A stretch of 64,000 nucleotides of DNA from contig NC_092673.1 of assembly GCF_964355755.1 (NCBI RefSeq), positions 34,717,648 to 34,781,647 of the forward strand, read 5' to 3'. This document shows, one piece after another, positions 49,336 through 62,792 of the stretch. Source of the stretch: Antedon mediterranea. Its lineage: Eukaryota > Animalia > Echinodermata. The notes beneath the pieces are model-generated. The model had not been told where the DNA came from. It was given only the letters and a program-made list of their open reading frames with translations, and searched no databases. The position numbers and the translations under genes are program-made. Position 1 is the first letter of the stretch. Every line of letters begins with the position of its first letter.

Positions 49336-50325
49336 AAGGCAAATAAATATTGTTTACTTTGCTAGTACCTGACTAACTTTCTATTTTTATTACTACTTTT
49401 ATATTGATTTTGATGGCAAAATAAATAAACAAAAACTTACAAGAAAGAATAAATATACAGTACATAAAATGACTTCATTGTAAATATATATCAAGGTACG
49501 GTGCTTGGAAGTCTAAAATATTTATTATACATAACACTCTACAATATTAAATATAAATCAAGACAATAGCAAGGTATATGAAACAGAAACATGTAGAGGT
49601 CCACAACATATACAATGCTTTAACAACAAATATGTTTTTCCCATGGAAGTTGTCAGTATATTCTAAAGGGTTGGAGCATAGAGATATTATAGTTCACTAT
49701 AATATCTCTATGGTTGGAGTAATAGTGTTTTATAAGAAGCGAGATTTTCCCCACCCCTTTCAAAATGTATTTGTAAAGCCTGACTTTATCATAATACATT
49801 TTATTACCAACTTTTTTCTGCATGACACTCATGTGTCCTTCCCATGGGAGTTGTCATAAGAACAAAAGCAGATTTTCGCCACCCCTTTCAACAATGTAAT
49901 TGTAAAGCTCAGCTTTATCTTAATAATACACTTTGTATTACCATGGACCTAATTTATACTGTAGGTTCATGGTATTCAATTTCAATTTCTTTTTATTTCG
50001 GAAATATCATCCATATTAATAAACTTATTAACAGAAAAAGAAAAATCTTAAGTATAAAGAATGCTTCTCCATCTACAATACATTTTGGAGTTATTACCAA
50101 GCAAGTTGTCCACTTGCAGGACACTCATTCAAAGTTAGTTACGGTTGACTGGTGATTTCATGTCCAATCACAGATGAGTATCTAGCATGCTAGCATTTGA
50201 TTGGCCAGAATTAATTTTCTTTTCAGACCTGAGGAGGACTATAATATTTGATCTGGATAGAAATGACTCGATAGAATACTTGTGAAATAATATGAGTATT
50301 TAAAACAAAATGTTGATAATAGGTG

Positions 50326-53300
50326 TCACATCACTGAACACATTGAGCTTCTTGGTTGCCTCGCTGGGTGTCGTGGTAACGATGCTGAGTTACTGTAATT
50401 CACTATCTCTGCCTTTACAACTTGCTGAATTTGATAGATAAGGAAGCAACATCTTTCATTATTACAAATTCAGTAATTATTCAGTCGGCATTGATTTATA
50501 AATGACATCGCTATTGAAATAAATTTTTCGTAGGGTTATCTTATATTTTCTATTTTTTTAAGAGTTTCAATTCACAAAGAGCCCACCCATTAACAGAATG
50601 GAATATTCACAAAGAGCCCACCCATTAACAGAATGGAATATTATAGCATTAAACAAAACCATTGTGGCTACAGTTTAAAAGCTAAGGGTAAGATTACCTC
50701 CAAACCTGGGTTCAAATCCAGTGCATGGATTTTGTTTATAGTAAACCATTCAGTAAATATTGATGTTATATTCAAACTCATTCTTCTGTACTACATCCTG
50801 AAAATAAAGTTTCTCAACATCATGACCATGAGTTAAACAAAAAACTAATAAAATTGAGTTAAAAAAACAAATACAAATTGCATAAAAAGGATACTGTAGT
50901 CTGTTCTAGATCAGATTTTGTAAGTTTCAAACCTAAAATATCGGCAGCTAACTTTTTAAAGCATAGATTTATCTGTAATACATAAAATAAAAGCAGTTAA
51001 TTAATGTAGCTGTGACTTCAAAAGATAAAAAATATTCATGAGCTCGGCCAGTTAGACCTATTTACCACACTTTACACTACTGAACTCTGTCTTTGAAGGG
51101 AGTTCGTTTCCCTAACCCTCGAACCCCATGGCTTGCATAAACTGGATAGATTGAGAAAGTAGAGACTGAACTACATTTTAGAAACCTTATTAAAGGATAT
51201 TATACATAATCTTATATATAGTGGTGAGATTAAATTAAACATAGTATTTTGTCATTCATGGAAAATAAGAACGAAACTGAAATAGTACAATACATAATAC
51301 ATTATGAAAGATGTGGAATTTATATAATAGGTCGTAAAATTGGTTTCATTCTTTAGGATTAAAGTATTTTATTACAACATTTGGAATAACTGAACAATAT
51401 TATGCTAGGTAACAGCAGTTGTAAAAGTAACCAATGAACCATGACAGAGCTAACACCAGTCAATTGATAAAAACACTTTAACAATTGGGGAAATTACACG
51501 GCGTGACGTAAATGTGGATCATTTCTTTTTATCTATTAATACTTAAAAATTAGTGTTCAATTCAATTTTACTTAACAATAACAGTTAAATCTGTAAAAAT
51601 GAAACTAAACCGACGTTCAGTAGACAAGCCGCTGAAAATACCTGTCGTAATCATACTTTGAAATACCTGTACACAATATCGGTATCCTAAGAAAACTTTG
51701 CTGCCATAGCGATATGTCAACAAACAGTAAAAAAATAGAATATATTTTCATTTCCTTATTGTAGATAATTTATTTAAGTTATTCAGTGTTTAAATATTAT
51801 GGATATTTTCTGGCAAACTCATTTTTATAAAAAAACTATATACATTATTATGTATATAGTAATAGTATTTTGAACTGCTCAAAAAGTTGTAGCCACATTA
51901 TTTGGTTGAGAGAGGAAAGTGAATGGTAGTTGTAGCCACATTATTTGGTTGAGAGAGGAAAGTGAATGGTAGTTGTAGCCACATTATTTGGTTGAGAGAG
52001 GAAAGTGAATGGTAGTTGTAGCCACATTATTTGGTTGAGAGAGGAAAGTGAATGGTAGTTGTAGCCACATTATTTGGTTGAGAGAGGAAAGTGAATGGTA
52101 GTTGTAGCCACATTATTTGGTTGAGAGAGGAAAGTGAATGGTAGTTGTAGCCACATTATTTGGTTGAGAGAGGAAAGTGAATGGTAGTTGTAGCCACATT
52201 ATTTGGTTGAGAGAGGAAAGTGAATGGTAGTTGTAGCCACATTATTTGGTTGAGAGAGGAAAGTGAATGGTAGTTGTAGCCACATTATTTGGTTGAGAGA
52301 GGAAAGTGAATGGTAGTTGTAGCCACATTATTTGGTTGAGAGAGGAAAGTGAATGGTAGTTGTAGCCACATTATTTGGTTGAGAGAGGAAAGTGAATGGT
52401 AGTTGTAGCCACATTATTTGGTTGAGAGAGGAAAGTGAATGGTAGTTGTAGCCACATTATTTGGTTGAGAGAGGAAAGTGAATGGTAGTTGTAGCCACAT
52501 TATTTGGTTGAGAGAGGAAAGTGAATGGTAGTTGTAGCCACATTATTTGGTTGAGAGAGGAAAGTGAATGGTAGTTGTAGCCACATTATTTGGTTGAGAG
52601 AGGAAAGTGAATGGTAGTTGTAGCCACATTATTTGGTTGAGAGAGGAAAGTGAATGGTAGTTGTAGCCACATTATTTGGTTGAGAGAGGAAAGTGAATGG
52701 TAGTTGTAGCCACATTATTTGGTTGAGAGAGGAAAGTGAATGGTAGTTGTAGCCACATTATTTGGTTGAGAGAGGAAAGTGAATGGAAGTTGTAGCCACA
52801 TTATTTGGTTGAGAGAGGAAAGTGAATGGTAGTTGTAGCCACATTATTTGGTTGAGAGAGGAAAGTGAATGGTAGTTGTAGCCACATTATTTGGTTGAGA
52901 GAGGAAAGTGAATGGTAGTTGTAGCCACATTATTTGGTTGAGAGAGGAAAGTGAATGGTAGTTGTAGCCACATTATTTGGTTGAGAGAGGAAAGTGAATG
53001 GTAGTTGTAGCCACATTATTTGGTTGAGAGAGGAAAGTGAATGGTAGTTGTAGCCACATTATTTGGTTGAGAGAGGAAAGTGAATGGTAGTTGTAGCCAC
53101 ATTATTTGGTTGAGAGAGGAAAGTGAATGGTAGTTGTAGCCACATTATTTGGTTGAGAGAGGAAAGTGAATGGTAGTTGTAGCCACATTATTTGGTTGAG
53201 AGAGGAAAGTGAATGGTAGTTGTAGCCACATTATTTGGTTGAGAGAGGAAAGTGAATGGTAGTTGTAGCCACATTATTTGGTTGAGAGAGGAAAGTGAAT

Positions 53301-56191
53301 GGTAGTTGTAGCCACATTATTTGGTTGAGAGAGGAAAGTGAATGGTAGTTGTAGCCACATTATTTGGTTGAGAGAGGAAAGTGAATGGTAGTTGTAGCCA
53401 CATTATTTGGTTGAGAGAGGAAAGTGAATGGTAGTTGTAGCCACATTATTTGGTTGAGAGAGGAAAGTGAATGGTAGTTGGGCGTTAAGGACTCGCCGTT
53501 TCATTTAATTTATTTGGTCAGATAATTAGAAAGACATAACAAAAATAAAGAACATAAGAAAAGAGTTCAAGATCTAAATGAAGTGTTTACCAAAATTGAA
53601 TAAGTCATTGTTCTTAACTAACGAAGGTTATGATAAAATGAAATGGATGACAACGAAAAGGAGGGGGGGGGGGGAGGATCGTAATATATATGATTATTCT
53701 TACTGAATCTCCAGTCTTTGCTGATACAAAATGACTTAGTAGATTGTGCTCGGAACAAAGCTTGTGGTGTCTGTCCTGCTTCACTGCCCTTATGTGTTCT
53801 AAATCCACTGATAAAAAACATTATATACATGGTACAATGTAAATAAAAACTGAGGATCTGGCCTTCTGGAGAGGACCCATGGCAGCCAGCAGTACCTTCC
53901 AAGTTGAATGGCAGGGGATGGTGGCAACTACACCGAGGCAACCCCTTACTCTTATAATATATGCACTGGGTTCTTTGAAGTGTACATAAGCTAGATGAGT
54001 ATGTTCTTATCCAAGAAGACTTGTTATACCATAGTGGCCTTTGGAGGAATGTAGTTGACTTGGAAGATCATGATTAATATATCAGAAGACCCACTATTAA
54101 AAGGAAACCTTCGGGACCAAACTTACATGTTCAAGGTTCAATTAACCTTATTTAAGTTTTGCTGGGGATCCTTATGGAAGGTACGTATAAAAGCCAAAAA
54201 GTAAAATTCACATGATTTCCAGATTCAGAGTAGAAACCAAAGAGTTGAAGGATACACAGGAGGACAATAGAATGTTTGTAAATTGACAATTCAATTCAAT
54301 TCAATTCAATTCATATTCACTTTTCAAAAAGTCATTAAGGCATAAACTTACTTTTATTGCCAACTAACATGATGCTTGGTAGACTCTCTGCTTCACTGAA
54401 CACCTTTTTAACTTTCTGAAACCAATCCTCGACATTCTCAAAACTGTTGTAGTTTGTGATATCATATACTAAAAGAATACCCTATAAATAATATTAATAC
54501 AATAATATTAATAAGGAATTAATAAGCCAATTTTTAAAGCTTTGTCTACACTATCAAACTTTATGTGACAAAAAAATGTGATGAAGTTTTAAAGTTTAGA
54601 AGTTTAGTCTAGACAAGGCTTTATACTGATAAAAAAATATATAAATTATACAGAATATGATAAAATTCAACTTCATACAACTTTAAATTTACAGGCATAG
54701 AAGAAATGTTAAACTGTCAAGTGATACACTGAAAATAAATTAAAGTAAAGGTATGTATTATCGTCCTCAAGCTTAACTGAAAACTGAGGACATTTGTATT
54801 AGGCCCTCTACAGACCTCAGAAAAGATGAGGAAATCTGTGAGAATTATATTTAAGGATGTATTATTGTTATTCTGTAAGAAAACGCAATTAAAAATTTAA
54901 AACTTCTTTTTCTAGTTACAGGGACACTCTCATTAATATTATTGATGATAAATATAACTGAATTATTGCTTCTTACATGAGCACCATATATATAATTTTC
55001 TAGCATCTTTCCGCCAAGTGTCTGTCCTCCTATGTCCCACACTTGTAACGTCACATGACTTTTACCTATATGTAGAACAAAAATTAAGACCTATGTTTCT
55101 TTTGATCTAATTTAAGTAAGATAAATTTTGTTTGTCTTTGTTTCTCTCTTTTTATCATATTTTACCATAAAATGTACATTAAGAACAAGGAATGACCTGG
55201 TTTTAATGTTATTATATATGCATTATTTGTACAAAACATCAACAATTGTAGGGATAGGCCTAGTGTCTTCCATAAAGACATACACAATTCAATATGTTTT
55301 AGTTATTTTCAACAAGTAGTACAATATACAAATCTGCAATGGAGAAAGTAAGACATATAAATTATTTTTAAAAAAGTACCAGTATAACAAAAAAATTGTA
55401 TAATGTAAAAGATGTTACCTCCAATTACTATCCTCTGCAAGAAAAAATCTAGACCAACTGTTTGTTGATATTGCTTTCCAAATTGATTTTGAGAATAACG
55501 TGTTGCCAGTGATGTCTAAAAAATAATTGACTTCAGTTACTTTATTATATATTGCTATTAATATTACTAAACAAAAAAATAATAAATATTTCATTCATTT
55601 AAATTGTTTATTGGTTCTAAGCCTACTCTAGGTCTAGAGTAGTAGAGGTAGACCTTATTTAAAATATTATTAATACTAATACCGGTAGCCCAATTTTTCT
55701 TTTTGTATTATAATAACAACTTTTACATACATACGGTAAGCCAACACCTATGCCTAGTAGTAGGCCTGCAGGCTGCAGTAGTAGTAGTAGTACAGTACTA
55801 CTACTGTACTAATACTACTACTAGTCTACTACTATAACTAGGGCATTCGATCCGATATATGTATGTTTTTATTGTCAAAATAAAATGATGGTAAAAATGG
55901 TAAACATATTCTCATTTTTAGGCCTAGGCCTACAACGGTAATCAGATCAGATATTAATAATAGGGCCTAGTATTAGCCATCTATTAAACAGTTGTATTTT
56001 GTACTTGTAGTAGGCATCAGCATCTGTATTAATAGTTCCCATAGGCTAGCTAAGCCTGGTAGTATAGGATTTTCTCGCAGGCGACAGGCAGCTTCCTCGG
56101 TCTCACTCACCTTTCCAGAGGCACCGTCTCCCAACAAAACGATTTTCAGTTGTTTTTCTCTGTCAGTTGATTCATCTTCTGAATCAGACAT
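50326..56191 (-). CDS. RAB28: Ras-related protein Rab-28
   Basis: Exons 56191-56111, 55515-55419, 55065-54977, 54481-54352, 53807-53704, 50972-50895, 50424-50326. Protein [62 protein letters not shown] (CaaX). Confidence 0.97.
51886..53480. repeat. 43-bp minisatellite, 37 copies, in RAB28 intron 5
   Basis: Unit gttgtagccacattatttggttgagagaggaaagtgaatggta; one variant unit seen near 52787. Confidence 0.98.
54538..54620. mobile_element. MITE family A, internally deleted
   Basis: agctttgtctacactatcaaactt...tctagacaaggct. Confidence 0.7.
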
Positions 56192-56366
56192 CTCAATAAA
56201 AATTGGTTTCAGAGCATATAAAAATGTCTAAAAGCTACAGAACAGGTTTTATTTTCAACCATGCACAAATTAAAAGCTTGTTAATATTAGTTGAATATAA
56301 GGTTAGCTAGGCCCTAGTTACTTTAATTATTTGACATCACACACACCGTGTACGTGCAATCAAAAC

Positions 56367-56380
56367 ATCACCATTGCAAC
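56367..56380. promoter_or_regulatory. Candidate RFX X-box upstream of RAB28
   Basis: ATCACCATTGCAAC, one mismatch to RYYNYYWWRRNRAC, ~180 bp upstream of the ATG. Confidence 0.5.
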
Positions 56381-58160
56381 GAAAACTGTTGTTGTTAGTC
56401 TTTGTAGTACAGCCGTCTTTTATGACTGCAGTTTTCTATCATCATCAATTCGTTCTCTTCATCATAACCCAATATAACACACATGAAATTAGTTTTTTAT
56501 AAATAGGTATTGTGGGCCCTGAAAAAATAAAATTTCAAAAGGTTTTGTTGAATATGCCATTTAATGTCACATAATCGTTATTTTGTCTTTTTATTTATAG
56601 TGAAATTCTTTTTTTTTGGTGTTTTTTCTACGGAAGTGATTAACTGCGAAATGGCCTATTCAAAGTCTATTTTAATTAATAAATCTTCATTTTTCATGTT
56701 TTTAGGGGGTTATTATTATTATTAAAAAATGATTTATATACCAACAAATGTTTCAAAAAACTTATTCGGTTTGTTTTACTATGGTTTGAGTGAAGCATTA
56801 GACGGGCATGCATGTACCCCGTATGTACCCTACATTCAACTAACGGGTACCAACAAACAATTAAACAACACAAAAATATTAAAATGATTGCCTGCACATC
56901 AGTATTTTTGCTCATTTTTTTTCAATGCATTTAAATATCCGATTCAATTCATTAATATTCATTGGCAATTGTTGTTCGAAATAGTATTGTAATAAACGGT
57001 TGTAATAAACCATTGTGATGCAAACACCGCGACGATGTATTGTCCAAACCATTTACGCAACGGATCGGTGTAATCGAAAGTATATTGATTATGTTCAACC
57101 ATGTGATCATGTATATAACACGTGGGTTTGATACAATGGCCCTGCGTTTCTAGAAATAATATATAGTGCCAATAAAAACTAAACGGGAATTCCAATTGAC
57201 ATGCAACAACTAAAAATAAAAATTAAATAGACCAAATCACACCAGAAGAGACAAAAATACTATTCCCAAATGATACGTTTCTAGTCATTATAATTTAACA
57301 TTTTGTAGATTTGTTTGTTTAGAGACTCGAACACCAAAATAGAGATCTTCTAAATTAATTTCTAAAACAATTTATAATATAGATAGTTCACCCTCACGAA
57401 GATTTAATTTAAATTCTTTACCTATGTTTTATTAAATTTATTCATCAAACAAGGAAAACGTTGAAATTACAGTGTCTTTTAAAGTGCATATATAATTATT
57501 ACTTACTAACAACACTAAAGTTAACCTTTTTTTCGATTGTATTTCTCCTTGTATCCACATATATAATTATTTACAAAAATCAGTATATATATCGTTAAAT
57601 AAAAGCTAGTATTTTTCTAAACATTTGTGAAATTATATAGTAGTGAAATTACACGTCAATTTTTAATCGCGTCTGGCTGAATTTACGTTGAACTATGATA
57701 TAATATAGGTCTATTAACCCATGTGAGAATAAATCAAATAGTTGTTATCATATGATTTTAATTACAATCCTAATTAATATTAATTGTAACCTGTTATTGA
57801 TATTATTAGGCCACATAACAGGCTGCATGTAGAGTCCGAATGGACGTTTGTGGGCCTCTGTACGCGGAAACAATCGACTGAAGTTTTTTTATTTGGATAT
57901 TATTATTAATGTTGACTGCCTATTAGTATTATTATTATTATGGTTCAGAGCTAACTAATTTTTTTTTAGATCTAAGCCTAGGCCTACTATATATGTATGA
58001 AAAAAATGTCTATAACATTTATTTTATACTGATTTGGATAATGCACAGTTAATCCACCATTGTTTGCAATACACTCATGCGAAATAAAGACACATGGTGT
58101 AAAACGTGTGTGCGTGACAACTCCAGTGATGTTGTTGTTATGCTGGGTGTGGTATTATAC

Positions 58161-58275
58161 CACGTGGATACGCCATGGACTGTGTTTTTGTAACAGTTGT
58201 TTTGATTGGCCTACTAAAAATAGCGTCGGTAACTTGGAGAAGAAGCACCAATCATAGACAAGAACGATCCACGTG
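58161..58275. promoter_or_regulatory. MXD promoter: two CACGTG E-boxes flanking CCAAT boxes
   Basis: CACGTG at 58161-58166 and 58270-58275; ATTGG near 58205 and CCAAT near 58248; CpG-richer context 160-270 bp upstream of the ATG. Confidence 0.55.
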
Positions 58276-58434
58276 ACTCTTTGTTTGCATTTTGACCTCA
58301 TCATCAACGTGCGTGTAGAACGAAACGTACCAAGTGTGAGCAAAACAAACCAGCTGAGTGACCCGAAACGTTGTTGTCTGAGGTTGAAAAATTCCTAACT
58401 ATTTCTCTGTTTTTTGGAGGTTTTACTATTTATA

Positions 58435-61400
58435 ATGGCATCAATGATTAACGTATCTCAACTTCTTCAAGCTGCAGAGTTTTTAGAGAGACGGGAAAAA
58501 GGTTAGTTTCATGATTTTGTCCATAAACTTGGAACGTTTCCGTTTTGACAGCTGATGATCAATTCATTCAAGGCAATGCTTTACACAGGCAATGTACCAA
58601 CATGGATCGGGATGTCAAGACTTGTCTGCTTCGTCAGAAAGTAAATAATACAGAGAGATAGGCCTATGGAATTTCCAAAGTAGGCGGAATAAGAATAATA
58701 TTAAATATCATACTCAATTTTGTATTTTTACTTATTCAATAAGTAATTTTTCAAAGAAAAAAATTATACTTGAGTTGTATTTTATAAAATTTATTTTTTT
58801 GCCTCTCAATCAATCAGCCCATCCCTCGATGAGGGTATAACTATAAACATTGTTGTCGATCAGATAAATAATTGACCCTACCTAGGCCTAGATACAAATT
58901 AAAGTACTCTTTTCTATTACATTTTATTTAGAACATGGATATGCTTCCACTTTACCACGTAATCATCATGAAAATATTAAAAGAAAAATGAAGTCTAAAC
59001 GAAATTATAATACAAGCAGGTTTGTGTTTTGAAATTCTGCACATAATTTCACGAAGGGATGAGACCTCTATGATTGAACTTAATCAAATACTACAATATT
59101 ATTATTAATATTATTATTATCATCATAGGCTTCTGGTCCTCCTTCTAACATTACTATTTAGGCCTAGACAAAATGTGCTTAATGCATGTTATATATTTGA
59201 GAGTGACTTGTTTTACTACTACTACTAGTACTACTATAATAAGACTAGGACTATTATCAATATCTTTCCATTGATAAATGTAGTATTAAATCTGTTATTT
59301 TTTTTCTTAACTTTCACAGCCGTTCAACCCACAATGAATTGGAGAAGAACAGGTAAGGGAATACAATAGAAGTCCGCCAAAAACTCAGGGCCGTTACTTG
59401 TGTGTTGACCTTGAGTCATGAATTATGCATGAGTCATTGTGTGGCATTTGCATTCATTTGATTGTTGTTGTAGTAAGCTAGTTCATTGTCAGGAAATGAA
59501 TGGCTAGTTACGTGTATCTCCTGTTTATCTCAATCTCATGATTGTAATTTGGGTGTGACCATGCTTTACTTGGTATCATGTGCTAATTAATTCACACTTA
59601 GTATAAACAACAATTAACCTTTTCAGAATTAATATTATAAACTTTCCACTATAATAAACTGGTTGAATGACTGCCACTACAGAATTCTATACTATATAAT
59701 TTATAATACAGTATTTATTGATATTACAATAATATTTTTTTGCAAATTCTTTTATTTGCTTTCACAAATCATTGATTTTTATATACTACTAATGCATTTA
59801 AAATAAATTATTCCCTGTACTGTTAATTTGTATTCAATATTATACTTATCTTATTGGTATAACCATGGAGGTACAATACCTCCATGGTATAACAGTCATT
59901 AAAAAATATATTGGAAATGGATTTTTTCAGTAATTAATAATTAAATTTTATTTTTCTTAATTAGGCGAGCACATTTGCGAACATGCCTTGAAAAACTAAA
60001 AGAAATCGTTCCATTGCAATCCGAATCATCAAGACATACCACTTTAGGTCTATTAACTAATGCAAAAGCCTTTATTCGTGTAAGTACTATTTGTTTTTTA
60101 TCATAATTTTTCTTGATTTCATTGTTTTTACTTGCTTATAGATATATTAATTTTTTACTTTTGGATGAAAAAATAATATTTGTTATGTTTCTACCATTTG
60201 TAAAATATCAAATTTTTTTATTAGCCAAACAATATTTTACAATTTACAAGATTTTTTTTTTTTACATATTACAATTTCCTACGAAATAACGTAACAATTT
60301 GTTTCCTCTTAAATTGACATTTAGATTATATTAACAGAAGCTAAGTTGTTTGTTTAAATGCTTAGTAATGATTTCAATTTATTTGTCAGGAACTTCAGTA
60401 TTACAATCGCCCACATATCTATTGTGAACTACCTTTGCGTAGAAATGCTTGTTCTTATTTCCTGATAGAAGTGCATTAAAAAAAAACCCTATATAAATAT
60501 AGAATACTGTACATACAATAATTACCACATATAGATAATAGTGCCTTAGTTGTCATATGGGACATGGTAAACATGATCATTAATTTAAACAACAAACATG
60601 GATTCTGTACCTTGGTACGCTAAATACCATAATACAGTCATAAAGTTCGTAACAAAGTAAATAAGACTATCAATATTACACGTTTTATCAGCAAATTATT
60701 CTACATACATTACGTTTATTTGCGATACAATTCACACATGGTTACATGGTAAAATAAAACAATGCAATTTTTAAACAGGTGATACAATTGTCTGGAGAAT
60801 GCTAAATATAAGCCTTAAGGGAGTTTTAAGCCTGGTTCAACAAGAATAAGTATTCATTGCGCTATATTAGCCTGTATTCAGGGCAGCTGAAAAACAAGGA
60901 AGCAACAGGAGGGAAACCCTTTTCCAGTTCACTGCACACATAGTAGTTACCATCAGTTTACCTCATGGACTAAGATTATCCATGGGCTTTAAGTCACTTC
61001 TCTCCAGCTTGCTAAATGAAATACCATTTAAAAATCAGAGAATGGGATTAGGCTTGTGGAAAGGAAGTACACCAGCCGACATAGGTTTAACATCTTAATT
61101 CATACTCAAAGTCATAGTATAGTCATAGCAGCATTCTAAATTCACTTTAAAATAATTGTAATTTTCTAAATAAATTTAACCTTAAATTGAACATGTATAC
61201 ATTATATTCAACTAATTAATTCTAATAGTAATAATTATAAACAAAATTTACTTATGCAGTTTCCATTCTGCAAACATATGATGAATAGTGTGCACTAAGT
61301 ATGGTAATTGTCCATTAAAATTCAGGACCAGTTAAACGCATGATACTAATGTAAGCGGACTAGCCATCATTGTTCAAATACCTCTGTATTGATTATAATA

Positions 61401-62792
61401 AGACTACTCAAATTACACAAACCCCAGGGTTGTATTAACTCAAACTGTTATAATGTATTTGTTTTACAGCGTCATTAAAATATTTATGAATTAAACTGGA
61501 ATATAATTTACAAAAGAAAACTTGTGAAATGAAAGTAGCACAGAACATGCATTATTATACACTAATTATACTATAGATAATATTATAATATCATGGCTAT
61601 GTTGTGGAACACCCAAATTTAATTTTTTCCCCACTCTCCCTTGACACAAAGTTTGGTCAAGGAGTTAATGCAATATACATACCTATATGTAAACCACCTA
61701 TACTACAGTACCCACTATTTGACACTGAATGAATTTTCATTAAAATTATGTTTATTGCAGGATTTCTATAGTAGTAATCCCTGGTTAAACGATCAGATCG
61801 ATTGTAATCCCACCATTCTTAGGTATAACCCCACCCCCTTATTTAGGCTAAATCCGGACACTAACATTTTGTAAATTCCCCAATTCTCCCCAACCTGGGA
61901 CTAACTATACTTGGCCATATACGGTATACATTTCAAAATGTATTACACAAATGACTGACATGTATGTATTATTAATTTTAATCAAATTATCTATTTACAG
62001 GATTTAGAAGAAGAAGATAAATGTCTTATCACAGCAAAAGAGCAACTTAAGCAAAAACAATATCATTTGATGAAAAGAATTGGAAAATTTAACGATTGTG
62101 GCGAATCAATTAGGAAACCAAGACAAGATAGTACTGGCAGCTGTCTCTCATCTTCTAGTGATTCTGAAAAAGGTGATTTGATCAGTTATTGATTAACAAA
62201 ATGTTGTCCTTGTATTAAATTCTATAGAAATGAACAAGGCCAGTTATTGAAATGCTCCAGCACTGCATGCTGCACACTTTTTTATTGAATGCTGTGGATT
62301 TGTTTTTTTCAATGCAAAATTGTTTCATGGTTAATTAAATAATTACAGTTTTAATAATTTTGAATTACATACCTTTATTTGAGGAAGTGCTCATCTGAGG
62401 ATAGCTATTGTTTTCCTGCTTTTGTTTCCTTATTTGTACTGAGTATTGCCTGCCCTGCTTGAATAATCAATTTTTAATACATAATGAAAAAAATATCACA
62501 CTTCTGACTTTGTGGTATTTTATTTGTCAAAACAAAATTAATGTTTGTTGACAGACACCACACTTTTTAATAAATTTATTCACTTTCTTTTTTTTTGGAA
62601 ACCATCAACCTGCTACTAGTCCAACTTTATTGATTTCTTGCCAATTTAAACATGATTTTTTTCTATTTATTCTCTTCAGATGACATTGATGTGATTGGAT
62701 ATAATAGCGACAGCGATGACCAAATGAGTGGATCCGACGGCGGTCTGGTTGTTAATAGTTCAGAGTTGAGAATTGTCCAGCATTTGTCATGA
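58435..62792 (+). CDS. MXI1: MAX dimerization protein (Mad/MXD/MXI1 family bHLH-ZIP repressor)
   Basis: Exons 58435-58501, 58932-59019, 59320-59352, 59965-60079, 62001-62172, 62680-62792. SID '[22 protein letters not shown]'; bHLH '[31 protein letters not shown]'; 'DDIDV'. Exact vertebrate paralog cannot be assigned. Confidence 0.93.
59864..59886. mobile_element. 23-bp hairpin insertion with 7-bp TSD (P-element-like footprint)
   Basis: GTATAAC|CATGGAGGTA caa TACCTCCATG|GTATAAC. Confidence 0.82.

Noticed and set aside
51886-53480. Possible CRISPR array (also 31901-32434 and 46532-47423)
   Set aside because: Units are head-to-tail with no unique spacers, there are no cas genes, and the context is eukaryotic intron or intergenic DNA.
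60963-60984. CATGGA...TCCATG hairpin as another footprint
   Set aside because: Arms are short and no flanking direct repeat is present.
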